A DNA stretch of 64,000 nucleotides from contig NC_043004.1 in the NCBI RefSeq assembly GCF_006345805.1, forward strand, positions 8,680,001 to 8,744,000, given 5' to 3'. This DNA is from Octopus sinensis. Taxonomy: Eukaryota. Shown one piece after another: positions 49,734 through 62,680 of this stretch (its first letter is position 1; every line of letters begins with the position of its first letter). Both the position numbers and the translations under genes were made by a program. The notes below the pieces were generated by a model. The model was not told the DNA's origin and did not search any database. It worked only from the letters and a program-made list of their open reading frames with translations.

Positions 49734-50869
49734 CCCACCGAACTTCTGAAGTTCGCTACTGATTTTCTTCAAATTGGGAACATACATTACTTATGTTCCA
49801 GAGATAGTTTTAGACTCTTAAATTTTTTACATAATGAGTAATGGGGTCCCTGGGGGCAGAAAAAGCCCTTTCCTGATGTACGTACAACTGCCCGCATGAT
49901 CCACACATTGCTTCTGTTCACACTTGAAAAAGCAGCTGCTGAAATGATGTAAGTAGGCTGCATTAAATGGACGAATCGATGTAGACTTCAAACTGCGTTG
50001 TCTAAGTTGTAGCAATAATAGCCTGCTCCCGTAGTACCGTAAGTAGCAATTTGTTGGAATAAAAACCGTTTGGAACGCACCATGTTTTTTATGAAAAATA
50101 TTCTAAAATATGTTAAATCCTGAGCAACTTTTCAACTAATTTCTTTTAGCTTCAGTATCGAAGTCTTCCTTCAAACACAGATGAAGCCCATACAAATATT
50201 TTTCAGCTGTTGATTACAAAACCAAAGTATCGCATGGACATTAACCTTCTAATTTATGGCGTTTAAAACCCAAACACGTTTGTTAGAGACTGTGTCCTTA
50301 ATGTGGTCTTGTATTCCCAGACGCTACATGCAGAACTGCTTTCGTTTGGGAGCTGAGCTGTCCTCACAATGGTCGCACGCTGTTTACACGATGGGATGCA
50401 CAGTTGAGCTACGACTATTGATTCCAAACCGAAATACCGCATGACGACCGTGTTGTTTCCAAGCGCTTCCTTGCCAATCCCCACCCTTACCACATCATTT
50501 CTTTCATGTAGATTTCTCTCATGTTGTGCTGTTCAGTGCACCCACAGGTTTTATTTATTACATAGATGTAGTTCCTATGTCTGCTGATTGTTTAGCGTGG
50601 TAGCAGCAGCGCCGACAGCCGTAGAGGAGAGTAATATCCACTGAGAGCTTTTTGGTGCGTTCACAAATCACATACCCCCACCCACTTTTCCATGACAAAT
50701 CTTCCAAACAGACGCATGACATGCCACTTAGACGAATTAACCCTCCATTTACTCCACAAATGTTTTGTCGTCAGCGCTGCACTTCCCCGTACCACATGTT
50801 TCAACTTAACTGTACCATGCATACAAACTATGCCATTTAAACCCTGTGCAACGCCGAGTATCTTTGCTA

Positions 50870-50870
<1 letters not shown>
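49620..50870 (+). mobile_element. Non-autonomous Helitron (about 1.25 kb), preceded by a tandem partial 5' unit at 49365-49610
   Basis: 5' (TA)n-AAAA-(GT)n block; 3' end ccctgtgcaacgccgagtatctttgCTAG|T. Confidence 0.65.
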
Positions 50871-50919
<49 letters not shown>

Positions 50920-51115
50920 TGTGTAATGTGCCGTACGAAGCAGCGTCAAATAAAATATATTTCTCTAAAGTCATGTTGAACGCATTCAAGTGTAACCAGG
51001 CGTAATAAGATCTTGTCACATCCGAATACATTCGAACATGTTAAACATGACTGTACACGAATATGTGTGTGTATGTATATGTGTGCGTGTATATGTATGT
51101 ATATATATATATATA

Positions 51116-51472
51116 TCTCTCTATATATAAACGGCAGTTTGTCTGTGTGTGTTTCTGTGTGTCTGTTAGGTTGTACCCTCACACTGACCACGGCTTTCAA
51201 CCGATTCTGATGAAACTTGACACACACATAGCCCAATGTCATAATTCAAAACTAACGCAGCGAAAATTTTGAAAAGTTCCCCCAGTTCTGAAAAAAATCG
51301 ATAAATTCGACATGGGGTCGAGAATCACAAACACAAACCACAGACGCAACTCGACCTTTTTAACTAAAAAAAAATTTACCATCATTTTTTTCCCATTTTT
51401 TGGCTATAACTCTAAAAATGCTTTATAGTTATTTCCCTTACAAACCCGAGCAACGCCGGGCGATACTGCTAG
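51116..51472 (+). mobile_element. Non-autonomous Helitron (about 355 bp)
   Basis: A|TC start, subterminal hairpin cccgagcaacgccggg, CTAG|T end. Confidence 0.88.
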
Positions 51473-51490
51473 TATATATATATATGTATG

Positions 51491-51790
51491 TGGAGGCCTA
51501 GTGGTTAGGGCAGCGGACTCGCGGTCGTAGGATCGCGGTTTCGATTCCCAGACCGGGCGTTGTGAGTGTTTATTGAGCGAAAACACCTAAAAGCTCCACG
51601 AGGCTCCGGCAGGGGGTGATGATCCCTGCTGTACTCTTTCACCACTCTTTCTCCCACTCTTTCTTCTGTTGGCCTGCTCGCTTAGCCAGCGGGGTGGCGT
51701 CATTCGAAGGCTAAAAAACAATGCGAACGCATTGTGACCAGCGATGTGTAACTACATCTGATGGACTGGTCGATCACGTGATGATGATGA
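51491..51790 (+). mobile_element. tRNA-derived SINE family 3, young full-length copy
   Basis: tggaggcctagtggttagg A box, GGTTTCGATTCC B box, CpG-rich body, (GAT)n tail. Confidence 0.85.
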
Positions 51791-52246
51791 CGTGATATAT
51801 ATATATAATATATATATATATATAAATTAATAAATAAATAAAACATATGCATATATACATACATATATGTACGTACCTACCTCTACATGTATATACACCA
51901 AAAAAAAGTCGAACACAATGAGAAACGAAAACATAAACACAAAACCAAGGAAATGGACATTTTTTTTAAAACAACGAAAAAATAGAGTACAGGACATACA
52001 AAACAAGGAAAATTCCTCTTCTTCAGTCGCCTTAATTTCATTTACTCCACGTTTTGAAGGTCAAGGTGATACATGACTTTTCCTTCCCGCGAAAATCAAA
52101 TGAAATAAAATTTGAGTTTTTTTTGCGGAGGGGTAAAAATGGTAACAAAAACATACATATATTCAGATGAATATGGTGGTACTTAAGTTAAAGGCACCAG
52201 AATTTTGTATGGTATTATCCATATAAATCAAATGGGGTGATTATAA

Positions 52247-52447
52247 TCAAAATAAGCAACAAGTATATCCAAGGTAGAGTAGTAAAATAGTTTCATGCTA
52301 CTTCATTTTATTAAACACTGTATTACATCAGTTTTAAAAATGTCGAGCAATTTTAAAACTGATGTAATACTTACAGTGTTTAATAAAATGAAGTAGCATG
52401 AAACAATTGTACTACTCTACCTTGGATATACTTGTTGCTTATTTTGA
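52247..52447. repeat. Near-perfect palindrome of about 200 bp
   Basis: Arms 52247-52339 and 52351-52447; 11-nt spacer; 2 mismatches and one 4-nt indel. Confidence 0.95.
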
Positions 52448-52449
52448 GT

Positions 52450-52480
<31 letters not shown>

Positions 52481-53093
52481 GCATGCTTAAATACATATAT
52501 ATACACAGGTACATACATACATACATACATACATACATACATACATACATACATACATACATACATACATACATACGTACATACATAGATACATACATCA
52601 ATACATACATACATACATACGTTTTGGATGATTATTGTTGTAATTTGGAGAATAATTACAAAACTAGTAAAGAATGAAATTGTATTGTTCTATGCTGTCT
52701 CCAGGCGAAAGTAATCAGGCGAAGTTTTACAGAGATCTGGACTGGATGTTTCACTGCAAGCTTTTTTGCTGAAGAATTAATCCCCGTCCTTAATAATTCT
52801 GTAACAAATAAAGAACTTATTTACCACTGACTCCGTTCCTACATTATTTTATGAAAAGAGAAATTAAAGTTTGTTTTATTTTTACGTTCAAAATAAACTG
52901 CATTCCTTTCTTTCATTCGAGAACATGAAATTCACATATTTTTTATCTTTTATTTGTTTCAGCCATTAGATTGTGGCCATGCTGGGGCACCGCCTTCAAG
53001 AATTTTTAGTCCAACGAATCGACCCAGTACCATTTTTAAGCCTGATGCTTACTCTATCGGACGCGTTTGACAAACCGATAGGTTATACATACA

Positions 53094-53125
<32 letters not shown>

Positions 53126-53837
53126 CATACATACATACATACATACATACATACATACATACATACATACATACATACATGATGGCTGCCCCCTCGTTAT
53201 CGAGTACGGCCATTGCACAAAGCTTAACTGTTACTGGTGCTGAGATCAAATGTGACTTTTATTTGCTTTTTAAGGCTACAGCCAGCTATTCAGTTGAGAC
53301 TCACAGTACTATCAACAATCATGAACAATGTTGCTATCGTGCAATGCCTGTGCAAGATTTTTTTTAAAGCGAGGAAAAACTGTGCACTGAGTCAATCCCA
53401 CTCACTAAGCAACAGCAGCCATAATCCGAAAAGAAGAACAAGTCAACATCATCAGTAACCACTGAGCCGCAGGTTTTATGTCGGAGTTATCCTTGTTATC
53501 TGAGTTACCTTCTCCTAGAAGGATGCCCTAACAAAGGCTAGGAGTCCTTCACTCCCAATGGTTTAACCGCGCGATCGGGTATTTAGTCCGATTATTTCTA
53601 TGTCCCCGCGCATGATACAACCTTAAGCCTTAAAAAACTTACACATTTATTGGATGGCCGTTGACTCTCGAGAGTTCCTCCGCCCTTTGACGGGTTTTGT
53701 TTTTCATCCTGCAGGGTGTCCAATAAAGACCCTCCTCACCAAGCAAGCTTGGTGGGGTTGCCGGTTTAGACGCCGACGGCTCGACCATGCATAAATACAT
53801 ACATACATACATACATACATGAATACATACATAGTAC

Positions 53838-53907
<70 letters not shown>

Positions 53908-53909
53908 AA

Positions 53910-54067
53910 AACAGGTTTCGTTCAGTTTCCATCTGTCAAATCCGGTCTCAAGGTTTTTTGTAGGTCCGAGGCTATAGTAGAAGACACTTGTCTAAAGTGT
54001 CATGCAGTGTGACCGAACCCGGAACCAGGTGTTTGAAAAGCAAGCTTCTTACCACACAGCCACGTCT
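53910..54067 (-). mobile_element. SINE family 2, 5' half
   Basis: Reverse complement gives the gtggctgtgtggtaagaagcttgc head. Confidence 0.8.
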
Positions 54068-54769
54068 ACGTTTAATCCGAAATACATTTTGTTCACATTT
54101 TCAGTTATGAAATTTGGGAACTTTTGTTATTTTTCTGTTCGTCGGGATGTGTGCAAACTGTTCGACAACGTTTCATCATGTGCGAATGATGGTGGATTTC
54201 TGTCGTCGACGTCGAGGATTCAGTTATTCGATCAAGTGAATTTCTTGCTCTTAAATCAACGTCTGATTGATATTCAACAGACATGTGTAGCCTGGGCGTA
54301 ATTCCCAGGCACAAAGAGCAGAATAAGTGTGTAGCTAAGCACTTACAACACTCTGCCAGTCGGGTGGTGCAACCGGGTGGAGTTTCCACGTTGGCTTTCG
54401 ATAGAAAACTGGTGGGGGATAAGAGTGACAACGTTCTTGGGGCAACTGCAGGCACTGACGAGAATCATTTGGATGGCCTGTTCCGGAGGGCCACAAATGA
54501 TTTCCAGAAACCCCTTGGATTGGTATTCCTATCAGTCTGAAATGCATTCTCCAGCAACAGAAATAAATCGGTCCTGTACGAGATGCACGCAAAGGGACGA
54601 AGCGCTGTAAGCTTCTACAGTTACGCTTATTATCTAAAAGGAAAGAAGAAAAAGAATGAGCTGTTAGTTTTGGGATCAGACTATGTCTGAATGTGAAGAG
54701 GTCTATGTAAAAAGATTTGAATGAATCTAATTGACATTGAACATTTTCAGCATTATCTCGGGCAGTTGA

Positions 54770-56010
54770 AGAAAATGGTTGATAAAGGGGCCAGATGCCA
54801 GAACCAGTATACTTTAATTAATCTGCACTATACTGGAAACTTGTGCTTGATAGAACATTTCTTGAGAAGAAAAATCAATAATAGAATTTAAAACTTCCAA
54901 AAGTCGCCTGACGCTTTGGCGAGAATATGCCGCTGATGATAAGGACTTTCAAGCGCATACTCTGGTTTTAATTTACTTTGATTGAGTGTTTAAATAAGAA
55001 GGCACGGTCGACGAAGTGTTTTTTCGAGCAGTGGTTCAGAAACAGTTTTCTTATCCTACTGTGAAAAGATACAGTTTCCACAAAGCATGGCTCTTTTTAG
55101 ACAATGCACCAAGTCACCCAATGAACTTAAATTAGCTTTTTGGTAATATGAGAGTTGAATATATCTCCAAGAATACAACTTGTATGCTCCGACCAATGGA
55201 CCAAGTTGTGATGCCTCACTTCAAGGCATATTATCTGAAAAGAGTGTAGTGGGAATATATAGTCAGTATAAGGTGTTGATGTGGCTGCGTATATATTATT
55301 ATAAGATTTCATATAGAGATGAAAGAATTCAAGAACTATATATTTACTGCATGAAAATGTATTTTATTTATTGGTCGATGATGATACATAGAATCAAAAT
55401 GTAGAATCTAGTTGAATGAAGGGATCTATGCAAGAAAGTTCAGAGGTAGAATATGTAGAAATAACAGCTAAGTGGTGGTTTTCAGTCATGTGGCGTAGAA
55501 AAATAGATGGACATAGCAATGACGTGATTGGCTCAAAGTCTAATCGACTAAGAGATAAAGAGCAGGGTTAGCAAGCTGTTTTTATTAATGGAACACTAAA
55601 CATTCTTAAAACTTCCAAGTGAAACGCTAAGCTTCTTGAATAATTAAGAATCACGCCTCATGACACAGATTCTTCGAGAAACTTAGTAAAGGGAGGTTAC
55701 TCTATAATATTTCTTGCAAGGGATATCATTCAACTATTTAGCTACTGCTACGAGAGCTTTCAAATAACTTGTAAAAACGATTGGTAAGGAGGATAATCTT
55801 AGAGTTAGAGACTGGAAGAAATTCAACGTAGCGATATTGTGGATAACATAAAATGAAACGGTCAGCTTTGTGTGATGCTTGGGGCCAAACTGTATCTGTG
55901 ACTTTCCAAGTTTACGTCAAGTTCGGAAAGATATGGTAACGTTTGCAAATGATGTAGAGGTTCGAAGATGTCACAAAAGATGATGTGTTTAGGAAGCTGG
56001 TATCCTATTA
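54770..56010 (+). mobile_element. Tigger/pogo DDE transposase relic(s)
   Basis: NKKARSTKCFFEQWF...LFLDNAPSHP...KNTTCMLRPMDQVVMPHFKAYYLKR (55000-55245); a further C-terminal-like piece WKKFNVA...DNIK...AW at 55800-56010. Confidence 0.8.
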
Positions 56011-56615
56011 AAAAAATGTTTCCCTAACAAGGAGCAGATGCTGTCAGAACAAAAGCAGAGATTACAGATAAGAATGCAGAAACATCACCAACTTCATCTA
56101 CATTTACTCTCTTTCCACCACCTTCTATTCTCCCCCACCAAATATACACTCAACTGCGCCCACATACCCCAGTGAACCTTTTGGTTGGTGAAAATTGATA
56201 AATATCTTTCAGTTATACAGTCGTTGTTTCTAACTTCAATGCTTTGTCGCTTGATGAAATGAACTCATGAAATATGATGCACCCGATGTCTATGAATACT
56301 GCAGGTTTTACTGTAATCATCTTGGAAATACGGACTATGATCGTAAGAAACTTGAGATTTGAGGAAACGCGCTACATAGCGATGCACTAAAATATTTATA
56401 AATTCCATCCATAGATTATTATTATTATTATTATTAGCATCTTCTTTCAATTTTGTTTCCATTTCTTGCCGAGTGCCTTCTTGACACCTAGGGCAGAGAA
56501 ACGTACTGTATACATTGTTTCTGCAAGTTGGCATCATTAGGCTGTAACCGGCAAAATAAGATAGGAGCTTTTATATTGCTTTCTCAAAGACGTTTCCAGT
56601 AAACGAAATTAAAGG

Positions 56616-56616
<1 letters not shown>

Positions 56617-56646
<30 letters not shown>

Positions 56647-56650
56647 TGTA

Positions 56651-56687
<37 letters not shown>

Positions 56688-57000
56688 ATGTATGTATGTG
56701 TGTGTATGTATGTATGTATGAATATATGTGTGTGCATGTATGTATGAATGTGTGTGCATGTATGCATGTATGTATGCGTGTATGTCTATGTGTGTGTATG
56801 TATATATGTATGTGTATATGTGTGTGTATGTATGTATATGTATGTATGTATGTGTGCATGTATGCATGTAAGCATGTGTGTATGTATGTGTGTATGTATG
56901 TATGTATGTATGTATGTATGATGTATGTATGTATGTGTGTATGTATGTATGTAGTATGTATGTATGTATGTGTGTGTATGTGTATATATGTACGTATGTA
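56617..57000. repeat. (TATG/TG)n microsatellite tract
   Basis: Seen directly. Confidence 0.95.
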
Positions 57001-57499
57001 TGCGTGCCCTTGTGCTTGTGTTTGTCCTCCATCGCTTGAAAACTGGTATTGGTTTGTTTACATTCACTGTAACCTAACGGTCCGACAAAAGAGACTTATA
57101 GAAAAAGTACCAAACTTTAAAAAAGCAAAAGTACTAGAGTCGATTTGTTCAACTAAAATACTTCAAGGCGGTGCTCCAGCGGGGCCGGAGACCAGTGACT
57201 GGTAAAAGAAAATATAACGATAAAGAAGAATGTAAAAAGACAATTTCTTGGATTCTTGACGAGAGACACGACGCTGTTTGCGTTTTGCAGTCGAAGCACG
57301 ATAAGAAGACGAAGGATTTAAAAGCTGGGGGAGAAGCATTTGGGCCGCAAGCTCACGTCTATCAAATTCCATTCATACTTTTAAATTATTTTTTGTTAAA
57401 TTATGGATTACATCATAGAGATTAGTAATTAATCTCAGTCGTTTATTTATTTGTTTTTATGCTAATCTTCCCACCGGCTCATCTACAATATCATATCAC

Positions 57500-58275
57500 A
57501 AAGGCGGCGAGTTGGCAGAATCTATAGAGTGCCGGGTGAAATGCTTAGCAGTATTTCGTCTGTCGCTACGTTCTGAGTTCAAATTCCGCCGAGGTCGACT
57601 TTGCCTTTCATCCTTTCGGGGTCGATTAAATAAGCACCACCTACGCACTGGGGTCGATATAATCGACTTAATCCGTTTGTCTGTCCTTGTTTGTCCTCTC
57701 TGTGTTTAGCCCCTTGTGGGTAGTAAAGAAATAGGTATTTCTTCTGTCGCTACGTTCTGAGTTCAAATTCCGCCGAGGTTGACTTTGCCTTTCATCCTTT
57801 CGGGGTCGATTAAATAAGCACCACCTACGCACTGGGATCGATATAATCGACTTAATCCGTTTGTCTGTCCTTGTTTGTCCTCTCTGTGTTTAGCCCCTTG
57901 TGGGTAGTAAAGAAATAGGTATTTCTTCTGTCGCTACGTTCTGAGTTCAAATTCCGCCGAGGTTGACTTTGCCTTTCATCCTTTCGGGGTCGATTAAATA
58001 AGCACCACCTACGCACTGGGATCGATATAATCGACTTAATCCGTTTGTCTGTCCTTGTTTGTCCTCTCTGTGTTTAGCCCCTTGTGGGTAGTAAAGAAAT
58101 AGGTATTTCTTCTGTCGCTACGTTCTGAGTTGAAATTCCGCCGAGGTCGACTTTGCCTTTCATCCTTTCGGGGTCGATAAATTAAGTACCAGTTACGCAC
58201 TGGGGTCGATGTAATCGACTTAATCCCCCCACCCCAATTTTCAGGCCTTGTGCCTATAACAGAAGGAATCATTAG
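57500..58275 (+). mobile_element. SINE family 1 concatemer (4 units, 184-bp period)
   Basis: Units start at 57551, 57735, 57919 and 58103; a single A-box head; the last unit has tail B. Confidence 0.95.
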
Positions 58276-58564
58276 CATGTCAGGCAAAATTCTTGGCGAC
58301 ATTTCGTCCGTCAAATTCCGCCGGGGTCAGTAAAATAAGTTCCAGAAATACACTGCTGTCGATGAAACCGATTTTCTCTTCCTCCGAAATTTCTGGCCTT
58401 GTGCCAAAATTTGAAACCAATATATCTACATATCACTATTTTATCAAATACGGTGAAGTCTGATCTTTCTTTCGCATGCCCGAAATAATCTTCAACACTT
58501 GACAAAATACGGGAAGACAAGTCGTAAATTTTGTCAGCAAAATGATGTTAGTCATTGAGCAAAT

Positions 58565-60070
58565 TCTCTATATAAAGCTGGAGTTGTCTGTGTGTGGCAG
58601 GTGTTGGTAGCCTTCAACTAACACTATCTCCTACGAGACCCTGCGGCGCAAGTTGACCTAAATTGAGAGTATGATAGAAGAAGGCTTGTTCTTCATTCCG
58701 TAGAAGAAAAAAATTCGGATCTTTTCTATTTTGAGGCCAGTTTTTTCAAATTTTTCCTACTGAACCAAACAATTTGAAACTTCGTATACTGGTAGAATGT
58801 GTCAAAAGTAAACTTAATTGTAAACCAGAATGAAAACGGAATTGTAACTTCTAAGTTTAACGTTGTTTAATAATTAGAATTTTAACCAATGATATTCCGT
58901 CATTCGGCTTTATTTTATTTACTCCGTCTCGACCACCAATTTCGTGACGTATTTAACATCTTAAAGTAAACAAGTCAGCCACCTTCTAATAACAATATTT
59001 AAAACTAGTTAATAAGCCACATGTATTAAATTGAAAATGTTTCCATTCTGTATGTCTGCATGTATGTGTGTGTGTATGTATGTGTAAGTATGTGTGTGTG
59101 TATGTATGTATAGCCGATTCATCGTAATCGTAATTACGATGAATTGGCCATACATACATAGATACATACACACACACACATACATGCAGACATACGTATA
59201 CACATACACCGAGTAAAAAATTTCAGTTATCTCTCTCTTTCACACATACTAACAGAAGCACTTCACTTACACAACATACTGTCTCCCACACCCCATCAAA
59301 CACACACACACACACACACACATGTACATCAATGCTTCCCCTAGACGGTAACTTCAAAGACAAACTTCCCTCGTCATAAAATTGCTTCCTCTTAGTCTCT
59401 TTCGCTCTCATTACTTATGTAAAAAATAAAAGTTTTTTACGGAAATCGACGGAAAACTTGTGCTACGACAAGCGTAACTTCGCCGAAATTTAATATTAAA
59501 AAAGCAAAGAGCTGGCAGAAACGTTAGCACGCCGGGCGAAATGCGTAGCCGTATTTCGTCTGCCGTGTTTGTTTACAGTTTTCCGAACGTTAGTACGTCA
59601 CACTAATAGATTGCAGTCAAGTTTTACACATGAAAACAAACAATCTGATTGGTTAAAATTCGCAGTTTTAATCTACGATTAAAGTCATAAAATAGATTTT
59701 TCTCAAATAAACTAGTTCCAACCTGTGTCTTGTTTTGCTAGACTCTATCAGCATACGAAGTTTCAGATTATTTAGTTAAGTAGAAAGATCTGTGGTCCTG
59801 GCTTCAGAATAGAAAAGATCCAAAAATTCAAATCGGACCATTTTAACACCAAAAATTATTTACATTAAAAAGGTGCTTTTTTTTCTATGAAAATCCCTAT
59901 TTCTTTACGATTTTTTGACTGCTCTGTCGCCATTTTTCGGTATATTTCAACCAAAAAATGTTCACTTGAAAAGAGAATAATAAGCTACATAATGCAAATT
60001 CTTTACTTTTTAAAAATTCCAATTCTAAAGGGTCGAAACAAACCCGATCAACGCCGGGCGATACTGCTAG
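58565..60070 (+). mobile_element. Non-autonomous Helitron (about 1.5 kb) with internal microsatellites and a SINE head
   Basis: TCTCTATATAAAG start; 3' cccgatcaacgccgggcgatactgCTAG|T, nearly identical to the 51116 element end. Confidence 0.75.
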
Positions 60071-60374
60071 TAATAATTACTTTTAGTCATCACAAATATT
60101 TCACATCTCTTTTTTTTTTTTTTTTGTATGCAGCCAGCTTTATAAAGGGAAGTTACTCTTGTATGCTTATCCTGCAATCTTCAAAACTATGCTGAAAGCT
60201 GAGTTGCATCGCAGAAAAAACTGGTGGCGATCTAAATAGTATTTAAGAAATATAGCCATAGTTTCTAAAGTTCTAAATAAAAATGGATTTTGTTATACTT
60301 GAGAAAGATGAAATATAATAAGAGAAGGAAAATGTTGTATATCAATTTTAGTAGATAGAAGTGAGTTAGTTCCC

Positions 60375-60700
60375 TTGAACGAAATCGGAATATTTCTATA
60401 TCTGGACATATTTTCTCACAAACAGAAAGAAAATATTTCTATACACAAGTTACAAGTCACCCAAGGCCTGGCCCCCAAATCATACTTTTTCTACAGAACT
60501 CGGGCTCAAATTACATCACATTGCGATACAATATTTTTGTCTCAAATGCTCCAGCCCGTTCAACATTATTTCGAAAGAAATCAAAGAAAAAACAACATCC
60601 AAACGTTACTGGACAAATTCCTCAAAAAAAAAAAAAAAGACAAACCAACGACACCCAGGTACATCTTGGCAAACAACAACCCTCTACTTGAGTAGGGTTA
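60375..60700 (+). mobile_element. CR1-clade LINE 3' fragment
   Basis: LDKFL...DKPTTPRYILANNNPLLE, homologous to 7985-8330. Confidence 0.7.
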
Positions 60701-61316
60701 ATGTGATAACATGATTTAAAAGACTACCTGAACCAAGAATAGCCAAATTTTACCCAAATTAACTCGTTTTAAGGAATAACGAAGCATGTATCTGACTCAT
60801 ACACTGTTCACTTTCCATTACTGCATATGCTTTATACGCACTCTTTGACAAGTTGTGATGCACCTGAGCACTGTATACAATAATTCCATTATTATTATTA
60901 TTATGTGTTTGAAAGGAAGGCAGAGCGAAATGCACAACAAACACCTTCACTTAACGTCCGAGTTGTTGTCATGGATTCTAAACTCGATATTTGTAAAATA
61001 AAAATAACTTTCAAAAATAATTCCATACAAAAAAAAAAAAAAAATGCCTCATTATTTCAACACGGAATGAACTCACATATTAGTATTAGTTGAATAATAA
61101 TTCATATATGTGAGCTTCTGTGTTGATTATTACTATTATATTCGCGCATCTGAATTTGTGTGTGTGTGTGTGTGTACTCACACTTTATTAATAAAGCTGC
61201 AAAAACATCACAAACACTGTTACTCAGAGTTTCACGTTTCTGTTCGTCGGACAGTTTTGGTTGATTCTTTGCAGCTTTATTAATAAACCATAAAATTTCC
61301 CTGCTTCTATGTGTTT

Positions 61317-62010
61317 CACTGGCAGAAAGGTTAGCACGCTGGGCGAAATGCGTAGCCGTATTTCGTCTGCCGTTATGTTCTGAGTTCAAATTCCGCCGAG
61401 GTCGACTTGGCCTTTCGGGCTCGATAAATTAAGTACCAGTTACGCACTGGGGTCGATGTAATCGACTTTTTCCGTTTATCCTCTCTGTGTTTAGCCCCTT
61501 GTGGGTAGTAAAGAAATAGAAATAGGTATTTCGTCTGCCGTTACGTTCTGAGTTCAAATTCCGCCGAGGTCGACTTGGCCTTTCGGGGTCGATTAAATAA
61601 GTACCAGTTACGCACTGGGGTCGATATAATCGACTTAATCCTTTTGTCTGTCCCTTCTGTGTTTAGCCCCTTGTGAGTAGTAAAGAAATAGAAATGCTGT
61701 TACGTTCTGAGTTCAAATTCCGCCGAAGTCGACTTTGCTTTTCATCCTTTCGGGGTCGATTAAATAAGTACCAGTGACGCACTGGGGTCGATCTAATCGA
61801 CTTAATCCGTTTATCTGAGCTCTCTGTTTAGCCTCTTGTGGGTAGTAAAGAAATAGGTATTTCGTCTGCCGTTACATTCTGAGTTCAAATTCCGCCGAGG
61901 TTGACTTTGCCTTTCATCCTTTCGGGGTCGATAAATTAAGTACCAGTGACGTACTGAGGTCGATCTAATCGACTTAATCCTTTTGTCTATCCCCTTCTGA
62001 GCAATAAAGA
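61317..62010 (+). mobile_element. SINE family 1 concatemer (4 units)
   Basis: Units restart near 61358, 61526, 61692 and 61857. Confidence 0.92.
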
Positions 62011-62279
62011 AAGAAGATTGGTTCCGTGTTATATTGTTCTTATAATATTATCTTCTCTAATGTGGCAACCTTTTTGAAGGCTGCTTCCTCTGATGGGTCA
62101 GGGTTAGAAAAATGCTTGCTTATGCTTTTTACTAATTATTGAAGATAGAGGTTACAGCTGTATCAATGTAAGCTTACATTAATATCCAGTAAATTAACCT
62201 CTTTAAAATTAGTACTAATTGGATAATTATCTATATTGTGCTCATTCTTGTTATGCATTTCTCCTAGACTGTCGTTCCT

Positions 62280-62680
62280 CCATTAAGATCTTTCATTTCA
62301 TTGTTGCAGGCAACCAGATCAGCTGCCTCTGGTCCATCATGGCCTCCCATACCATCAACTGGTTTGTCTCCATTATTTTTCACCCAAAAGGAATCACGCA
62401 AAAGCTAGTCTTTATGATGACTATAAAAATAGTCAGTGATTGATGCACACAGCACTTTAGAGATAAGATCAAGAAAGAGAACATCTTTGTCTGATGTAGC
62501 ATGGAGCCTTAAAGATTGGAATGTGGACAACCACCAGACTGGAGCATTGTAGATGGCACTCGGACAGTTTGATGGAATTCAATGGGCCCAAGGACTGCAT
62601 CATGCCAGTGTCTATTTGGCATGGTTTCTATTACTGGATGCCTTTCCTAATGCCAACCATTTTATAGTATGTCCTGAGTG
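62280..62680 (+). mobile_element. RTE-like LINE 3' relic, CpG-decayed
   Basis: Degenerate RL.W.GH-like segment and 3' ggatgcctttcctaatgccaacca motif. Confidence 0.5.

Noticed and set aside
51491-51565. tRNA gene
   Set aside because: A/B boxes are present but run into a SINE body and tail with no proper acceptor stem; the same applies to the other SINE heads
54100-54600. Overlapping ORFs, possible mariner relic
   Set aside because: No convincing catalytic or WVPH motif in any frame
57551-58275. Regular 184-bp repeats as a CRISPR array or satellite
   Set aside because: No unique spacers or cas genes; the units are SINE bodies
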